Made by a program: the position numbers and the translations under genes. A DNA stretch of 39,236 bases from Verrucomicrobiota bacterium (GTDB lineage: Bacteria; Verrucomicrobiota; Verrucomicrobiia; Verrucomicrobiales; DEV007), in the NCBI GenBank assembly GCA_045046875.1, contig JASFYY010000069.1, positions 1-39,236 on the forward strand, in the 5' to 3' direction. Positions within the stretch are counted from its first letter, which is position 1. Each line of letters starts with the position of its first letter. The notes beneath the pieces are model-generated. The model did no database searches and was not told where the DNA came from. It was given only the letters and a program-made list of their open reading frames with translations. Of this stretch, positions 8,909-18,293 are shown piece after piece.

Positions 8909-10039
8909 TCACCTCCCGACCGTTCCCGATGCTTTAGCCTTGATCTTAAACACCCAGAAGGGCGGCTGGCTGCGGTCTTTGCCCGCGTTGAAAATCGCTG
9001 AGCGGTGCAGTTGACTGGTGAAAAAATGCAGCTTGCCATCAGTGCCAAAACACAGCCCGTCCGGCCACAAAATGCGCGAATCCGTGATCAAGGTGTGCAA
9101 ACGTTGATCCGCCACCGAAATATAAGTGATCGCGTGACGCTGGATGTCCGCAAAATAGATATTGCCCTTGGAATCGATCGACATGCTGCTGGCGATCGGT
9201 TTTTGACCACTGACCCGTTTGATCCGGCCGGCCAGTTCCTCTTCAAGCAAGGCAGAATTGCGCAGATCCTTGGTCTCTATTTGATAGAGAATGCGACTGT
9301 TCATCGGGCCAAAAAACAGCCAGCGCCCTTTTTTGTCCACGGTGATCGGATTGACCCCACTCAGCGGTTTCACCTGCCGGCCATCCGGCCGTTTCACCAC
9401 CACGGCTTGCCCGTCCATCTGCAGTCCTATTTTTCCTGCGCGAACCGCGTAATCCCCATGCAGCACCCGGCGGGACAAACCTGTGACCAAATCCACCACT
9501 ATCAAAGCAGCATCATCCCCACCTGCCGGGTCCGCCAGATAGATAAAAGGCTCCTCCGGGTCCAGCGCCAAATCATCCAAAAACGAAGTCTCCACCAAAG
9601 CCGCCTCGGTGATCGGAATCACCCGGTGCAGTCGCTTCTTTTTGGTATTCCATGCGACCAACTTAGGCTGCTTTTCAGTCCGCCTGCCATTATCGAGCAT
9701 CCAAACAATGCCCTCTTTGTCGCACTCGACTCCCAAAACAGAATCCAACACCAATGGTGCGTTCCCCTCGCCGGTATTCATTGCCCGGTTAGGGAACGGC
9801 TCCCATATCCCATCCTTATTCAGCCGCATCACCTTCATCTCCGGGTTAAAAAACTGGTGACAACTGACAATATAGGATCCGCTGGGGGTGATCGTCATGC
9901 CGCCAGGGCCACAGGGAGCTTGCGCAGACTCCTCTATCCCTGCTGTTTTTTTACCAAAAGGGAATGCCTGCGCCTGTGTCGTCAGAAAAAATACTGACAA
10001 CAAGATCGATAATGCTATGCGCCATTGCGTTGAACTCAT
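8909..10039 (-). CDS. Major royal jelly / Yellow (L-dopachrome tautomerase-related) family secreted beta-propeller protein
   Basis: Signal peptide ending TQAQA, VWMLDNG, PKLVAWN, FLDDLALD, ALIVVDL..G.SRRVL, RILWPDGL. ATG at 10039 overlaps the ptsI stop (TGATG). Confidence 0.8.
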   Translation of the reverse strand: MSSTQWRIALSILLSVFFLTTQAQAFPFGKKTAGIEESAQAPCGPGGMTITPSGSYIVSCHQFFNPEMKVMRLNKDGIWEPFPNRAMNTGEGNAPLVLDSVLGVECDKEGIVWMLDNGRRTEKQPKLVAWNTKKKRLHRVIPITEAALVETSFLDDLALDPEEPFIYLADPAGGDDAALIVVDLVTGLSRRVLHGDYAVRAGKIGLQMDGQAVVVKRPDGRQVKPLSGVNPITVDKKGRWLFFGPMNSRILYQIETKDLRNSALLEEELAGRIKRVSGQKPIASSMSIDSKGNIYFADIQRHAITYISVADQRLHTLITDSRILWPDGLCFGTDGKLHFFTSQLHRSAIFNAGKDRSQPPFWVFKIKAKASGTVGR

Positions 10040-11817
10040 CAAGACACCAATTCCGGATATTTTTCCATCACCAAAGCCCGACAACGCTCTTCCACCTCGC
10101 TGGCAGAAGAAAGTCCCTCGATCTCCTTCACCAGCTTCTGACACTCATCCACCCTGAGCCGTGAGATCGCCCGTCTCACACTCAATAACTGGGATGCTCC
10201 CACGCTCAACTCATCAACCCCATAACCAATCATCAACGGAGTCATCAGCAGGTCACCGGCCATTTCCCCGCAAATTCCAGCCCAAATCCCATTGCGATGC
10301 GCCGCCTCCACCACATGTTTGATCAACTTCAACACCGCAGGATTGGCACTGCGAAACAAATTAGCCACCCGGTCGTTGACGCGATCCACCGCCAAGGTGT
10401 ATTGCACCAAATCGTTGGTGCCTATACTGAAAAAATCAACTTCCCTGGCCAGTTCATCCGCCATCAAAGCCGCACTGGGGATTTCAATCATCGCCCCCAC
10501 TTCAATATTGTCATCAAAAGGCTCACCCGCTTTTCTAAGATTGATCTTTTCTTCCTCCAAGGCCGCGATCGCATCCCGCAACTCCTCCACACAGCAGATG
10601 AATGGGAACATCACCCCCACCTTGCCACGCGCACTGGCACGCAAAATCGACCTCAGTTGCGGGCGGAAAATGTCCGGCTCCTGCAAACACACTCGAATGC
10701 CCCGCCAACCCAAAAAGGGATTAGGCTCCGCTTCAGCCATCAAGCCCGGCATTAATTTGTCTCCGCCCAGATCAACGGTGCGGATAATCACCGCATTGGG
10801 CGCCACCGCCACCGCCACATCAACATACTGACGCGTCTGCGCATTCTCTGTCCTTAGCGCTTTTTCATTGGCATAAAAAAACTCGGTGCGAAAAAGCCCA
10901 ACCCCTTCCGCTCCCTGCTTCTGCACCTGGCTGATTTCATGCGAAAATTCAATATTTGCCGACAACGTGATCTGATGCCCGTCAGCCGTTTCCGTTTCAC
11001 GGTCGCGCAGCTCCTTTAGGTCATCCAATAAAACCGCTTTCTCAGCTTTCAGAATTTCATATTCCGCCAGCGTTTCCTGATTCGGCCTCACGATCAGCAA
11101 ACCATTATAACCATCGAGTAAAACCTCATCACCCGTTTCCACATCAGCCCGCAGGGATGGAATACCAACCACGGCCGGTATATTAAGAGAACGAGCCATA
11201 ATGGCGGTGTGAGATACCATACTGCCCACCTCGGTCGCAAATCCCAAAACTTGATTGCGGTCTATCGACGCGGTGTCGGAGGGAGTCAGGTCATGTGCCA
11301 CCAGAATAAATTCATCGCCCAAACCCTCGAATACCAACTCTTCATCCGCATTCTCATCCGGACCGAGATTTCTTAATACCCGCATCGCCACATCTTCGAT
11401 ATCAATCGCCCTCTCCCTCAGATAAGGATCCTCGATCCGGCGCAGCGACTCCAGATAGCGTTCGATCACCTCATAATAAACCCGATCCACATTGCGCAAT
11501 TCGGAATGCATCAACTTCTTCACTTCCCCCAAAACAGTGGAATCCTCCAACAGCAACAAATGAGCATCAAAAATACTCGCATTCTCAGCACCGGCCACCG
11601 CTTCGATTTTCTGCCGCATTTCGACAATCTGCTCACGAGTCAGTAGCAGCGCTTGCTGCAAACGTTGCTCTTCAGCCTCCAACTCCGACTCGGCAATCCT
11701 TCTGGATTCCGGCTCGTCCATCAGCACCCCTTTCAACTGCACTCGAGCACGGACGATGCCCGGAGACACCGCAGTGCCCTGGAATCGGCGTTCTTCTCGT
11801 GGATCGTTTTCAGGCAT
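10039..11817 (-). CDS. ptsI: Phosphoenolpyruvate-protein phosphotransferase (PTS Enzyme I)
   Basis: SHTAIMARS active-site His, GVGLFRTEF, EPNPFLGWRGIR, FFSIGTNDLVQY, GICGEMAGD. Start taken at ATG 11817. Confidence 0.96.
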   Translation of the reverse strand: MPENDPREERRFQGTAVSPGIVRARVQLKGVLMDEPESRRIAESELEAEEQRLQQALLLTREQIVEMRQKIEAVAGAENASIFDAHLLLLEDSTVLGEVKKLMHSELRNVDRVYYEVIERYLESLRRIEDPYLRERAIDIEDVAMRVLRNLGPDENADEELVFEGLGDEFILVAHDLTPSDTASIDRNQVLGFATEVGSMVSHTAIMARSLNIPAVVGIPSLRADVETGDEVLLDGYNGLLIVRPNQETLAEYEILKAEKAVLLDDLKELRDRETETADGHQITLSANIEFSHEISQVQKQGAEGVGLFRTEFFYANEKALRTENAQTRQYVDVAVAVAPNAVIIRTVDLGGDKLMPGLMAEAEPNPFLGWRGIRVCLQEPDIFRPQLRSILRASARGKVGVMFPFICCVEELRDAIAALEEEKINLRKAGEPFDDNIEVGAMIEIPSAALMADELAREVDFFSIGTNDLVQYTLAVDRVNDRVANLFRSANPAVLKLIKHVVEAAHRNGIWAGICGEMAGDLLMTPLMIGYGVDELSVGASQLLSVRRAISRLRVDECQKLVKEIEGLSSASEVEERCRALVMEKYPELVS

Positions 11818-11908
11818 GGTGGGCTCATTCTCTCCATTTACCGCCTGCGCTCCAAGCAAATTCGATGCTCTTTAGCGGGAATTCAGCCATAAACAGCCGG
11901 GGATAAAT

Positions 11909-12178
11909 TTACGCGTCCTTGGTAAAGCCGCTTTCAATCAATGCACCCAGACTCTCCATCGCTTCGGTTTCATCCTCTCCATCTGTAGAAATGTCTATCT
12001 TGGCGCCCTCCTCTGCAGCCAGAATCATCAGTCCCATGATGCTCTTGCCATTCACCTGTTCACCATCCTTCGTGACCCAGACCTCGCATTTGAAGCGATT
12101 AGAGATTTTAACAAACATCGCTGCAGGACGCGCATGCAGTCCTTGGCGATTAGTGATAGTATATTGTTTTTCCAACAT
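11909..12178 (-). CDS. ptsH: Phosphocarrier protein HPr
   Basis: GLHARPAA (His15) and GKSIMGLM (Ser46) motifs; 89 aa. Confidence 0.96.
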   Translation of the reverse strand: MLEKQYTITNRQGLHARPAAMFVKISNRFKCEVWVTKDGEQVNGKSIMGLMILAAEEGAKIDISTDGEDETEAMESLGALIESGFTKDA

Positions 12179-12210
12179 CGTCAGGCGCTGTATCAGGGGG
12201 AGTAGCTTGC

Positions 12211-12248
12211 TTTTCCTATCGGGAATTTTTATTTTCCCATCGGGAATT
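12211..12248. repeat. Two tandem 17-bp palindromic units, 21-bp period, between hprK and ptsH
   Basis: TTTTCCTATCGGGAATT (12211-12227) and TTTTCCCATCGGGAATT (12232-12248); core TTCCC-ATC-GGGAA. Confidence 0.6.
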
Positions 12249-12253
12249 CGGGT

Positions 12254-13231
12254 TCACACAACTGATTTTCGTCGCTCACGCATCATTTTCAACAATTTCT
12301 TGTTAAATTCGACAGCCGAGTCATGTCCCAGAGACTTTAATTTCTGATCCAAGGCCGCTACTTCAACCAATTGAGCGATATCCCGCCCCGGAGCCACCGG
12401 CAATTCCACATGCGGAACCTTCATCCCCAGCAGATTGTAATAACCGCGATCCAAGCCGATGCGATCCACTTCATTCATCATATCCGCCGGCCTCAGGGTG
12501 ATCACCAGATCGAGCCGCTTTTCAGTCCGAATAGTGCCCACACCAAACAAAGCCGGCACATTAATGATGCCCAAACCCCTCACTTCCATGTGATTTTGTC
12601 CCAGTTCAGGAGCTTCGCCAATGATCTCGCGCCCCTCAAAGTTGCGGAAATACACCATATCATCAGATACCAAACTCGCCCCACGTCGCAAAAGTGATAA
12701 AACCGTCTCACTTTTCCCCGTCCCACTGGCGCCACGGATCAAAATACCAATGCCCATCACATCCACCATTGAACCGTGCTGGGTAGTGCGGGCAGCAAAC
12801 TCCCATTCGAGCCTTACCGTCGCCGCATTGATGAACTTCATCGTCACCATCGTCGTCTGAAACACCGAAAGCTTGGCCTTGTTGGCGATCTCCACCGAAG
12901 CCGCGCTGATCGTATCCCCTCGACTAACTATGATACAAGGAATCTGACGTTTACAGAGATCGGCAAAACGGTTACGCTTTTCTGTCGCATCCAAATGCTT
13001 GAGATACGAACGCTCCGCCTTGCCGATGACCTGGATCCTGTGGTGGGCAAAATAATTATAATACCCCGCCAATGCCAAACCCGGACGATTAACCGTCGGC
13101 TCCATGATCTTGCGATCAAAACCACTACGGGTGCCAATCAGCTTCATGCGAAGCTCTTCCCCATGGCGCTCAAAAAAGTCCGCAACCTTTACACTCTTTA
13201 CGATAGTGCTTTTGCTCTTGGGCTTAGTCAA
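12254..13231 (-). CDS. hprK: HPr(Ser) kinase/phosphorylase
   Basis: NRPGLALAGY, Walker A GASGTGKSE, LVSDD, HMEVRGLGIINV, PVAPGRD; adjacent to ptsH. Confidence 0.96.
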   Translation of the reverse strand: MTKPKSKSTIVKSVKVADFFERHGEELRMKLIGTRSGFDRKIMEPTVNRPGLALAGYYNYFAHHRIQVIGKAERSYLKHLDATEKRNRFADLCKRQIPCIIVSRGDTISAASVEIANKAKLSVFQTTMVTMKFINAATVRLEWEFAARTTQHGSMVDVMGIGILIRGASGTGKSETVLSLLRRGASLVSDDMVYFRNFEGREIIGEAPELGQNHMEVRGLGIINVPALFGVGTIRTEKRLDLVITLRPADMMNEVDRIGLDRGYYNLLGMKVPHVELPVAPGRDIAQLVEVAALDQKLKSLGHDSAVEFNKKLLKMMRERRKSVV

Positions 13232-13234
13232 AAT

Positions 13235-13813
13235 CTATGATTGCTCAGGTTCAATCATTCCGTAATCCCCGTCTTTACGGCGATAAAGCACACTCAAGCG
13301 CTCATTCGCAGCATTGTGGAAAACGATGAACGAACGCTCACTCAACTCCATCTCCATGATAGCTTCCTCTTCAAACAAAGGACGAATGCGATAATTGGCC
13401 TGATGAACGATCACCGGTTTCACTTCTTCTTCGTGATCATCCGGCACATCCGAACTGAACACCCGCTCTTCAAGGTGGCGGATATCCTGTTTGCGCGGAC
13501 GATGAGACTTCAACATCCGGGTTTTGTATTTCCTCATCCGGCGAGCGATCTTGCTCAAAGTTTCGTCAATCGACGCATACATATCCTCCGTCTCCGTATC
13601 AGCCTCGATGGTGATATGATTGGCACAATGGAGGATCACTTCCGCTTTCTGACGGTTTTTTTGCACATCGAGAATCACTTTGGCTTCGATGATTTTTGGA
13701 TAATCCAAGTGCAATCCTTCCACCTTTTTATGGGCATGGTCGCGCATCGCGTCGGTGACGGTCACATGGCGTCCGGTTACGGTTATAGGAAGATTTACGT
13801 TCTGTACCTGCAT
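13235..13813 (-). CDS. hpf: Long-form ribosome hibernation promoting factor (RaiA/HPF)
   Basis: VTGRHVTVTDAMR, DMYASID, and C-terminal domain EEAIMEMEL...VLYRRKDGDYGMIEP. Confidence 0.93.
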   Translation of the reverse strand: MQVQNVNLPITVTGRHVTVTDAMRDHAHKKVEGLHLDYPKIIEAKVILDVQKNRQKAEVILHCANHITIEADTETEDMYASIDETLSKIARRMRKYKTRMLKSHRPRKQDIRHLEERVFSSDVPDDHEEEVKPVIVHQANYRIRPLFEEEAIMEMELSERSFIVFHNAANERLSVLYRRKDGDYGMIEPEQS

Positions 13814-13867
13814 GGTGTTTTTTTATAGGTTATGGGTTAGTATTAATCAGTAAAAATTCTCAGCATC

Positions 13868-14680
13868 TCACATACTGAATCGATCTCCGAGATAAAGCTC
13901 ACGACTCACCGGGTCATTGATCAAAAAGTCACGGTTGCCTTCGCGCACCACCTTGCCCTCACAGAGCAAATAAGCTCGATCCACGATATTCAAAGTTTCG
14001 CGCACATTGTGATCGGTGATCAAAATCGCCAGGCCCGATTCCCTCAGCTGCACAATGATGTCCTGGATCTCACTCACAGCGATCGGATCCACTCCCGAAA
14101 AAGGCTCGTCCAACATCAGCAAACGCGGCTCGGTCACCAAGGATCTAGCAATCGTCAAACGGCGTTTTTCTCCACCACTCAAGGTCAAAGCCACATTTTT
14201 TGCCAATCCTTCGATACCAAACTGCTGCATCAAAGTATGACAACGCTCTTTCTGCTCGCCTTTGGTGAAATTCTGCGTTTCCAGTACCGCCATGATGTTC
14301 TGCTCCACCGTCAGCTTGCGAAAAATCGACTCTTCCTGCGGCAAATATCCCATGCCCACCCGGGCCCGTTTATACATCGGCTCGTTAGTCACATCCTGAC
14401 CACTAAAAACCACCCGCCCCTCATTCGGCGGCACCAGCCCCACGATCATGTAAAAAGTCGTCGTTTTGCCCGCCCCATTCGGCCCTAGCAAACCCACGAT
14501 TTCACCATTACCGACATGAATGTCGACTCCATCCACCACCGCACGACCATCATAAACCTTCACCAATCCCTCGGTGTGCATCAAAGCTGCAAACTCTCCA
14601 TCTCTATTAGTGGAGCGATTAGGCGCAAGGCCTGATTTAGCATTCAAAGGGGCTTGCGAGAGCTCAGAGCCGGTATTCAT
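13868..14680 (-). CDS. lptB: LPS export ABC transporter ATP-binding protein
   Basis: GPNGAGKTTTFYMIVGL, YLPQEESIFRKLTV, LSGGEKRR, DEPFSGVDPIAV, ITDHNVRETL, YLGDRF. Confidence 0.95.
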   Translation of the reverse strand: MNTGSELSQAPLNAKSGLAPNRSTNRDGEFAALMHTEGLVKVYDGRAVVDGVDIHVGNGEIVGLLGPNGAGKTTTFYMIVGLVPPNEGRVVFSGQDVTNEPMYKRARVGMGYLPQEESIFRKLTVEQNIMAVLETQNFTKGEQKERCHTLMQQFGIEGLAKNVALTLSGGEKRRLTIARSLVTEPRLLMLDEPFSGVDPIAVSEIQDIIVQLRESGLAILITDHNVRETLNIVDRAYLLCEGKVVREGNRDFLINDPVSRELYLGDRFSM

Positions 14681-14714
14681 AATTATCTGTCAGTCTGTAT
14701 AGTCCGCACCAATT

Positions 14715-16016
14715 CTATTTGCGTTTGGAAGAAATATCCCCCAGCTTGGAAGGCATCAGGTTAGGACCTTTGCTCCCTGCTCCTTTTTTGCCATTCACCG
14801 GTATGATAATCTTCGCTCCCCCGCCCTTTTTGGAGCCTTTGTCTTTCACACTGTGATTGCCGTCTCTTTTTAAAGTGATCGTCGCCTCTTCGGAGTTTGT
14901 TTTCACCAAACTGGAGCCGCTCTGCAACTGAGGCGGTCCTCCGCTTAAAATCAAATCGCCGGTCAACGCATCGTAGTTCACTTTGCGGGATTGCCCCACA
15001 TCCTTGCCACCTTTATCATTCAGTCGCTCGACAATCACCCGGGCACCAGTCGCCACCGCTGTTTTAAATGGCGCTTCCGATTCCACGCTCTCATCGTGCA
15101 TGTAGATCACCAAGCGGTCACTTCTTAAGTTAAAAGTCGGATGCACCAGATACACATTACCAATAAAAGTGGTGGTATGCTTTTCATTATCCATTTCCAC
15201 CTCGTCAGAAGTGATTTCCATCGCGCTGGGTGCTGATTTGCTTTTTTTCTTCTGCTTCTTAGCCACCAAAGGTTTCGGAGCGGGCACCGCACTGGCCGCC
15301 AGAGATGTTTGCAAATTTTCCGCAGGAACCTCTCTCGACGTGATCACCGTAGCCGCAGCGACTGTCGTCAACGGTGCCAATGAAGGGGGACGCGAAGGGT
15401 CCACCACTCTCGAAGTCTGCACCGGCTTGCTCGCCGAGGTCACCACTGCTGTTGTTACTGGCTTTTCCGAAGTCTTCACCGGCGCAGTTTGACTCTTGGT
15501 TACCGTCGGGCTCTCAACTTTGGAGCTTGGTTTAGCCATCTCTGTTTTTTTAGTGCTGCTATCTTTCTTAACAACAGTTGCCGGTTTCTTTTTTGAAGCA
15601 GCCTCCTGCTCCTTCAGTTTGAGAAAACGCGCACGCGCCGAACGCAACAAAGCATCCGGATCCGTCCCCGCTTTGTCTAATTGACCGGTCAGCGATTTCA
15701 ACTGATCCACCGTCGACATCTGCTTCGAGGAGCTGGCCGTGGATTGAGTATCCGTAGCGGCCTTGCTCGTGTTTGTCGCCGCCGGAGCCGCCTTTTTCTC
15801 CGTCGTTTTTTCCGTAGCAGGCGTAGCCGTTTTACTCGTCGTGGATTTGTCCTTTGTTTTGCCCGACCCTGATTTGCTCTTTTTGAACAAGTCACTGAGT
15901 TTGAATTTTTGCGAATCCGCCGCCTTGGCATTTCCTCCCGAGCCTACAGCCGCCATCGCAACCCCAGCCCCCACAGCCAACACTAACACTCTTTTTGCTA
16001 TCGATAATTTCATCAT
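14715..16016 (-). CDS. lptA: LptA/OstA-family protein with a long low-complexity N-terminal extension
   Basis: Signal peptide; C-terminal OstA-like beta-jellyroll (MEITSDEVEMDNE...FIGNV...LRSDRLVIY...ATG...YDALTGDLILSG); lies between lptC and lptB. Confidence 0.72.
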   Translation of the reverse strand: MMKLSIAKRVLVLAVGAGVAMAAVGSGGNAKAADSQKFKLSDLFKKSKSGSGKTKDKSTTSKTATPATEKTTEKKAAPAATNTSKAATDTQSTASSSKQMSTVDQLKSLTGQLDKAGTDPDALLRSARARFLKLKEQEAASKKKPATVVKKDSSTKKTEMAKPSSKVESPTVTKSQTAPVKTSEKPVTTAVVTSASKPVQTSRVVDPSRPPSLAPLTTVAAATVITSREVPAENLQTSLAASAVPAPKPLVAKKQKKKSKSAPSAMEITSDEVEMDNEKHTTTFIGNVYLVHPTFNLRSDRLVIYMHDESVESEAPFKTAVATGARVIVERLNDKGGKDVGQSRKVNYDALTGDLILSGGPPQLQSGSSLVKTNSEEATITLKRDGNHSVKDKGSKKGGGAKIIIPVNGKKGAGSKGPNLMPSKLGDISSKRK

Positions 16017-16747
16017 GCGTTTCCTTCCCGTTTTTCACTGCCCTTTTCCTCGTCATTCACCGCTTCATCCGATTTCTTCTGCGGCATCATATTTCCCTCC
16101 ATTTTATAAAGTAGCATTTTCACCCGGCCTGTCATCTTCCCTTTTTGAGTGACGGCGTCAAATACCATCTGATCCCCCTCCAGATCAAACCTCCCTTCCT
16201 GCTCAATGCGGGTGCGGGTATCACTGGTGATCTCCTTTTTTTCCAAGTCATAAATGCCACGTTCTGTCGAAATCAAAGTATCGGTCTCTCCGGGTTTTGC
16301 GTACATTATAATACGCAGTTCCTCCATATCGAGATGCTTATCATCCAAACGTTTCATTGTGATCGCCGTCATCAGCGAACTCAGGCGATCCCCGGTGTAT
16401 TTCGGCAATTTCACCCCCTTCAAGCTCCGTCCCTCCGGCAAGATTTTGCCTATATCAATATTAGGGCCCTTGGCTACCTCTGCCGTTCCATCCGCCTTTG
16501 TTTGGCTTTTTTTCGCCGCAGCAGACGATTGGGAAGCAGTCGATGTTTTACCGGATTGCGCCGCTTTAGCAGGCGAAGCCTTTTTGCTCGTTTTTTTCGG
16601 ACGGGCGATTGCCGGCCGGTCCTGAGCCTGCAAGTCCACTCCGGATACCAAAAAGAACGACGGGAAAACAGCCAGCAACAGGCAAGCGATACGCACTTCA
16701 AATCGTCCGGAGCTCGCTCTCATCATTTTCGTTTGTGCTATGCCCAT
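16013..16747 (-). CDS. lptC: LptC-family LPS export periplasmic protein
   Basis: N-terminal hydrophobic segment, C-terminal beta strands ISTERGIYDLEKKEITSD...LEGDQMVFD...MTGRVKM; lies between kdsA and lptA; stop overlaps the lptA start (ATGA). Confidence 0.68.
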   Translation of the reverse strand: MGIAQTKMMRASSGRFEVRIACLLLAVFPSFFLVSGVDLQAQDRPAIARPKKTSKKASPAKAAQSGKTSTASQSSAAAKKSQTKADGTAEVAKGPNIDIGKILPEGRSLKGVKLPKYTGDRLSSLMTAITMKRLDDKHLDMEELRIIMYAKPGETDTLISTERGIYDLEKKEITSDTRTRIEQEGRFDLEGDQMVFDAVTQKGKMTGRVKMLLYKMEGNMMPQKKSDEAVNDEEKGSEKREGNA

Positions 16748-16757
16748 CGTCCAGTCA

Positions 16758-17603
16758 CTAAAGCGTCACCACCTTGTGTATTTGTTGCAATTTTTCCAAA
16801 ACTCCAGCCAACTCTGCCAAAGGCACCTGATTGGGTCCATCGGACAATGCTTTGGCCGGATCAGGATGGGTTTCCATGAACACTCCATCACAACCCGTCG
16901 CCACCGCCGCCCGCGCCAAGACCGGAGCCAACACCCCGTCCCCCCCGCTGGTGCCTCCCAATCCTCCCGGACGCTGAACCGAATGGGTCGCATCAAATAC
17001 CACCCGAACCCCCTGCTCCCTCATCCACACGATCGAGCGCATGTCCGCCACCAGATTATTGTATCCAAAACTGGTGCCTCTTTCGATAAAAAAGAAATGT
17101 TCACAACCAAAATGGCGCAACTTGTCAGCAATATTGACCATGTCCCAAGGTGCCAGAAACTGCCCCTTTTTCACCCCGACCACCCGGCCGGTCTCGGCAG
17201 CAGCCTGGATCAAATCCGTCTGACGACACAAAAAAGCCGGAATCTGCAGCACATCGATCCACTCAGCCGCCATCTCCGCCTGCGCCGGCAAATGGATATC
17301 GGTGGTCACCGGCAGCTTGAGTTCCTTGCCGATATCTCCCAAAATCTCACAGCCCTGTCGACAATCCATGCCACGAAAAGAATCCACCGAACTGCGGTTT
17401 GCTTTGTCAAAAGAAGCCTTGAACACAAAACCCGTGCCCAGCGACTCCGTCAGCTTCTTGAGCTCCCGGGCCATCGACCAGACAAAGGCTTCCGACTCCA
17501 TCACACAAGGCCCCAGCGTGTAAACAAGCTGATCCCCTCCCAATTCAAGATCTTGAATGGGAATGACGGGAAGAGACGGACTTTCTATTACGGAATCTGA
17601 CAC
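16758..17603 (-). CDS. kdsA: 3-deoxy-D-manno-octulosonate 8-phosphate synthase (Cys-type, probably metal-dependent)
   Basis: GPCVMES, FKASFDKANRSS, QIPAFLCRQTDL, KKGQF, ERGTSFGY, FDATHSVQ, ETHPDP..ALSDG; GTG start. Confidence 0.96.
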   Translation of the reverse strand: MSDSVIESPSLPVIPIQDLELGGDQLVYTLGPCVMESEAFVWSMARELKKLTESLGTGFVFKASFDKANRSSVDSFRGMDCRQGCEILGDIGKELKLPVTTDIHLPAQAEMAAEWIDVLQIPAFLCRQTDLIQAAAETGRVVGVKKGQFLAPWDMVNIADKLRHFGCEHFFFIERGTSFGYNNLVADMRSIVWMREQGVRVVFDATHSVQRPGGLGGTSGGDGVLAPVLARAAVATGCDGVFMETHPDPAKALSDGPNQVPLAELAGVLEKLQQIHKVVTL

Positions 17604-17608
17604 ACCTC

Positions 17609-17637
17609 AGTTTAGCCAAGCTCCCCAGCTCCCGCAA
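17609..17637 (-). promoter_or_regulatory. Sigma70-like promoter of the kdsA-lpt operon
   Basis: TTGCGG (17637-17632), 17-nt spacer, TAAACT (17614-17609), then 5 nt to the GTG start. Confidence 0.45.
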
Positions 17638-17712
17638 GGCGTTTCACCATCAAAACCAGCAAGCGCAACTTTCATATTTGGCAACTATTCACATGCACCT
17701 GCTTTCACCCCT

Positions 17713-18108
17713 TCAATCGAGATCGGCCACTGATCCCCGGGCTCGTCCAGCAAGCAATTGCCAGATTCCAGAGATCAAGCGAGACAAACCATAGAGCGCA
17801 ACCATCAATGCTATTGCTGCCAACCAGGTGATAATGAACCGTATAACAAACCACATCACCAGAATCAAACCCACCCCGCCCATGAGCATAACACTGCCCG
17901 AAAAAATCATCCGCATCCCGCTTTTACGAACCTCGAGGTAACGCTCTTTAAGTGAAACTTTCACCAATGCACCTGCCTGCCCCTCGGTCAGACCCTGCTC
18001 CCCTAACCACCTCTTCACCTCATCAGCCGATTCCCCCCAAATGATGCGGGCATGAGCTTCCTCATGAAGGCTACCAAAAAGGGGATCCGGGGCTTCGTCA
18101 GCGATCAT
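17713..18108 (-). CDS. Hypothetical membrane protein (soluble N-terminal helices plus 2 TM segments)
   Basis: 131-aa ATG-started ORF filling the gap, same strand as its neighbours, two C-terminal hydrophobic helices. Confidence 0.65.
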   Translation of the reverse strand: MIADEAPDPLFGSLHEEAHARIIWGESADEVKRWLGEQGLTEGQAGALVKVSLKERYLEVRKSGMRMIFSGSVMLMGGVGLILVMWFVIRFIITWLAAIALMVALYGLSRLISGIWQLLAGRARGSVADLD

Positions 18109-18245
18109 GGCAAAGTTGTAAATTCTCTAAAATCATGAGACTACCTTGACTGCAGTCCTCATCTCTGGCGATTACAAATTGCACTTCAATTTATAATCCT
18201 GGGAATAAAACCTTTAAAAACCAACGCGTCCACAAGCCCTATTCT

Positions 18246-18265
18246 ATTCGCGTCTATTAGCGGTT
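18246..18265. repeat. Solo unit of the AACCGC(G/T)(A/G)AT..ACGCG(A/G)AT repeat family
   Basis: ATTCGCGTCTATTAGCGGTT; its reverse complement AACCGCTAATAGACGCGAAT resembles AACCGCGGATAACACGGATGCACGCGGAT at 39093. Confidence 0.45.
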
Positions 18266-18293
18266 CCCTGCTTTACTCTGACCAAGTCCCCCT

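Noticed and set aside
9005..9997. Long antisense ORFs (e.g. 9005-9997, 16740-17600, 21961-22743, 230-1021)
   Set aside because: Shadow frames opposite well-supported genes with no motifs; expected from biased codon usage.
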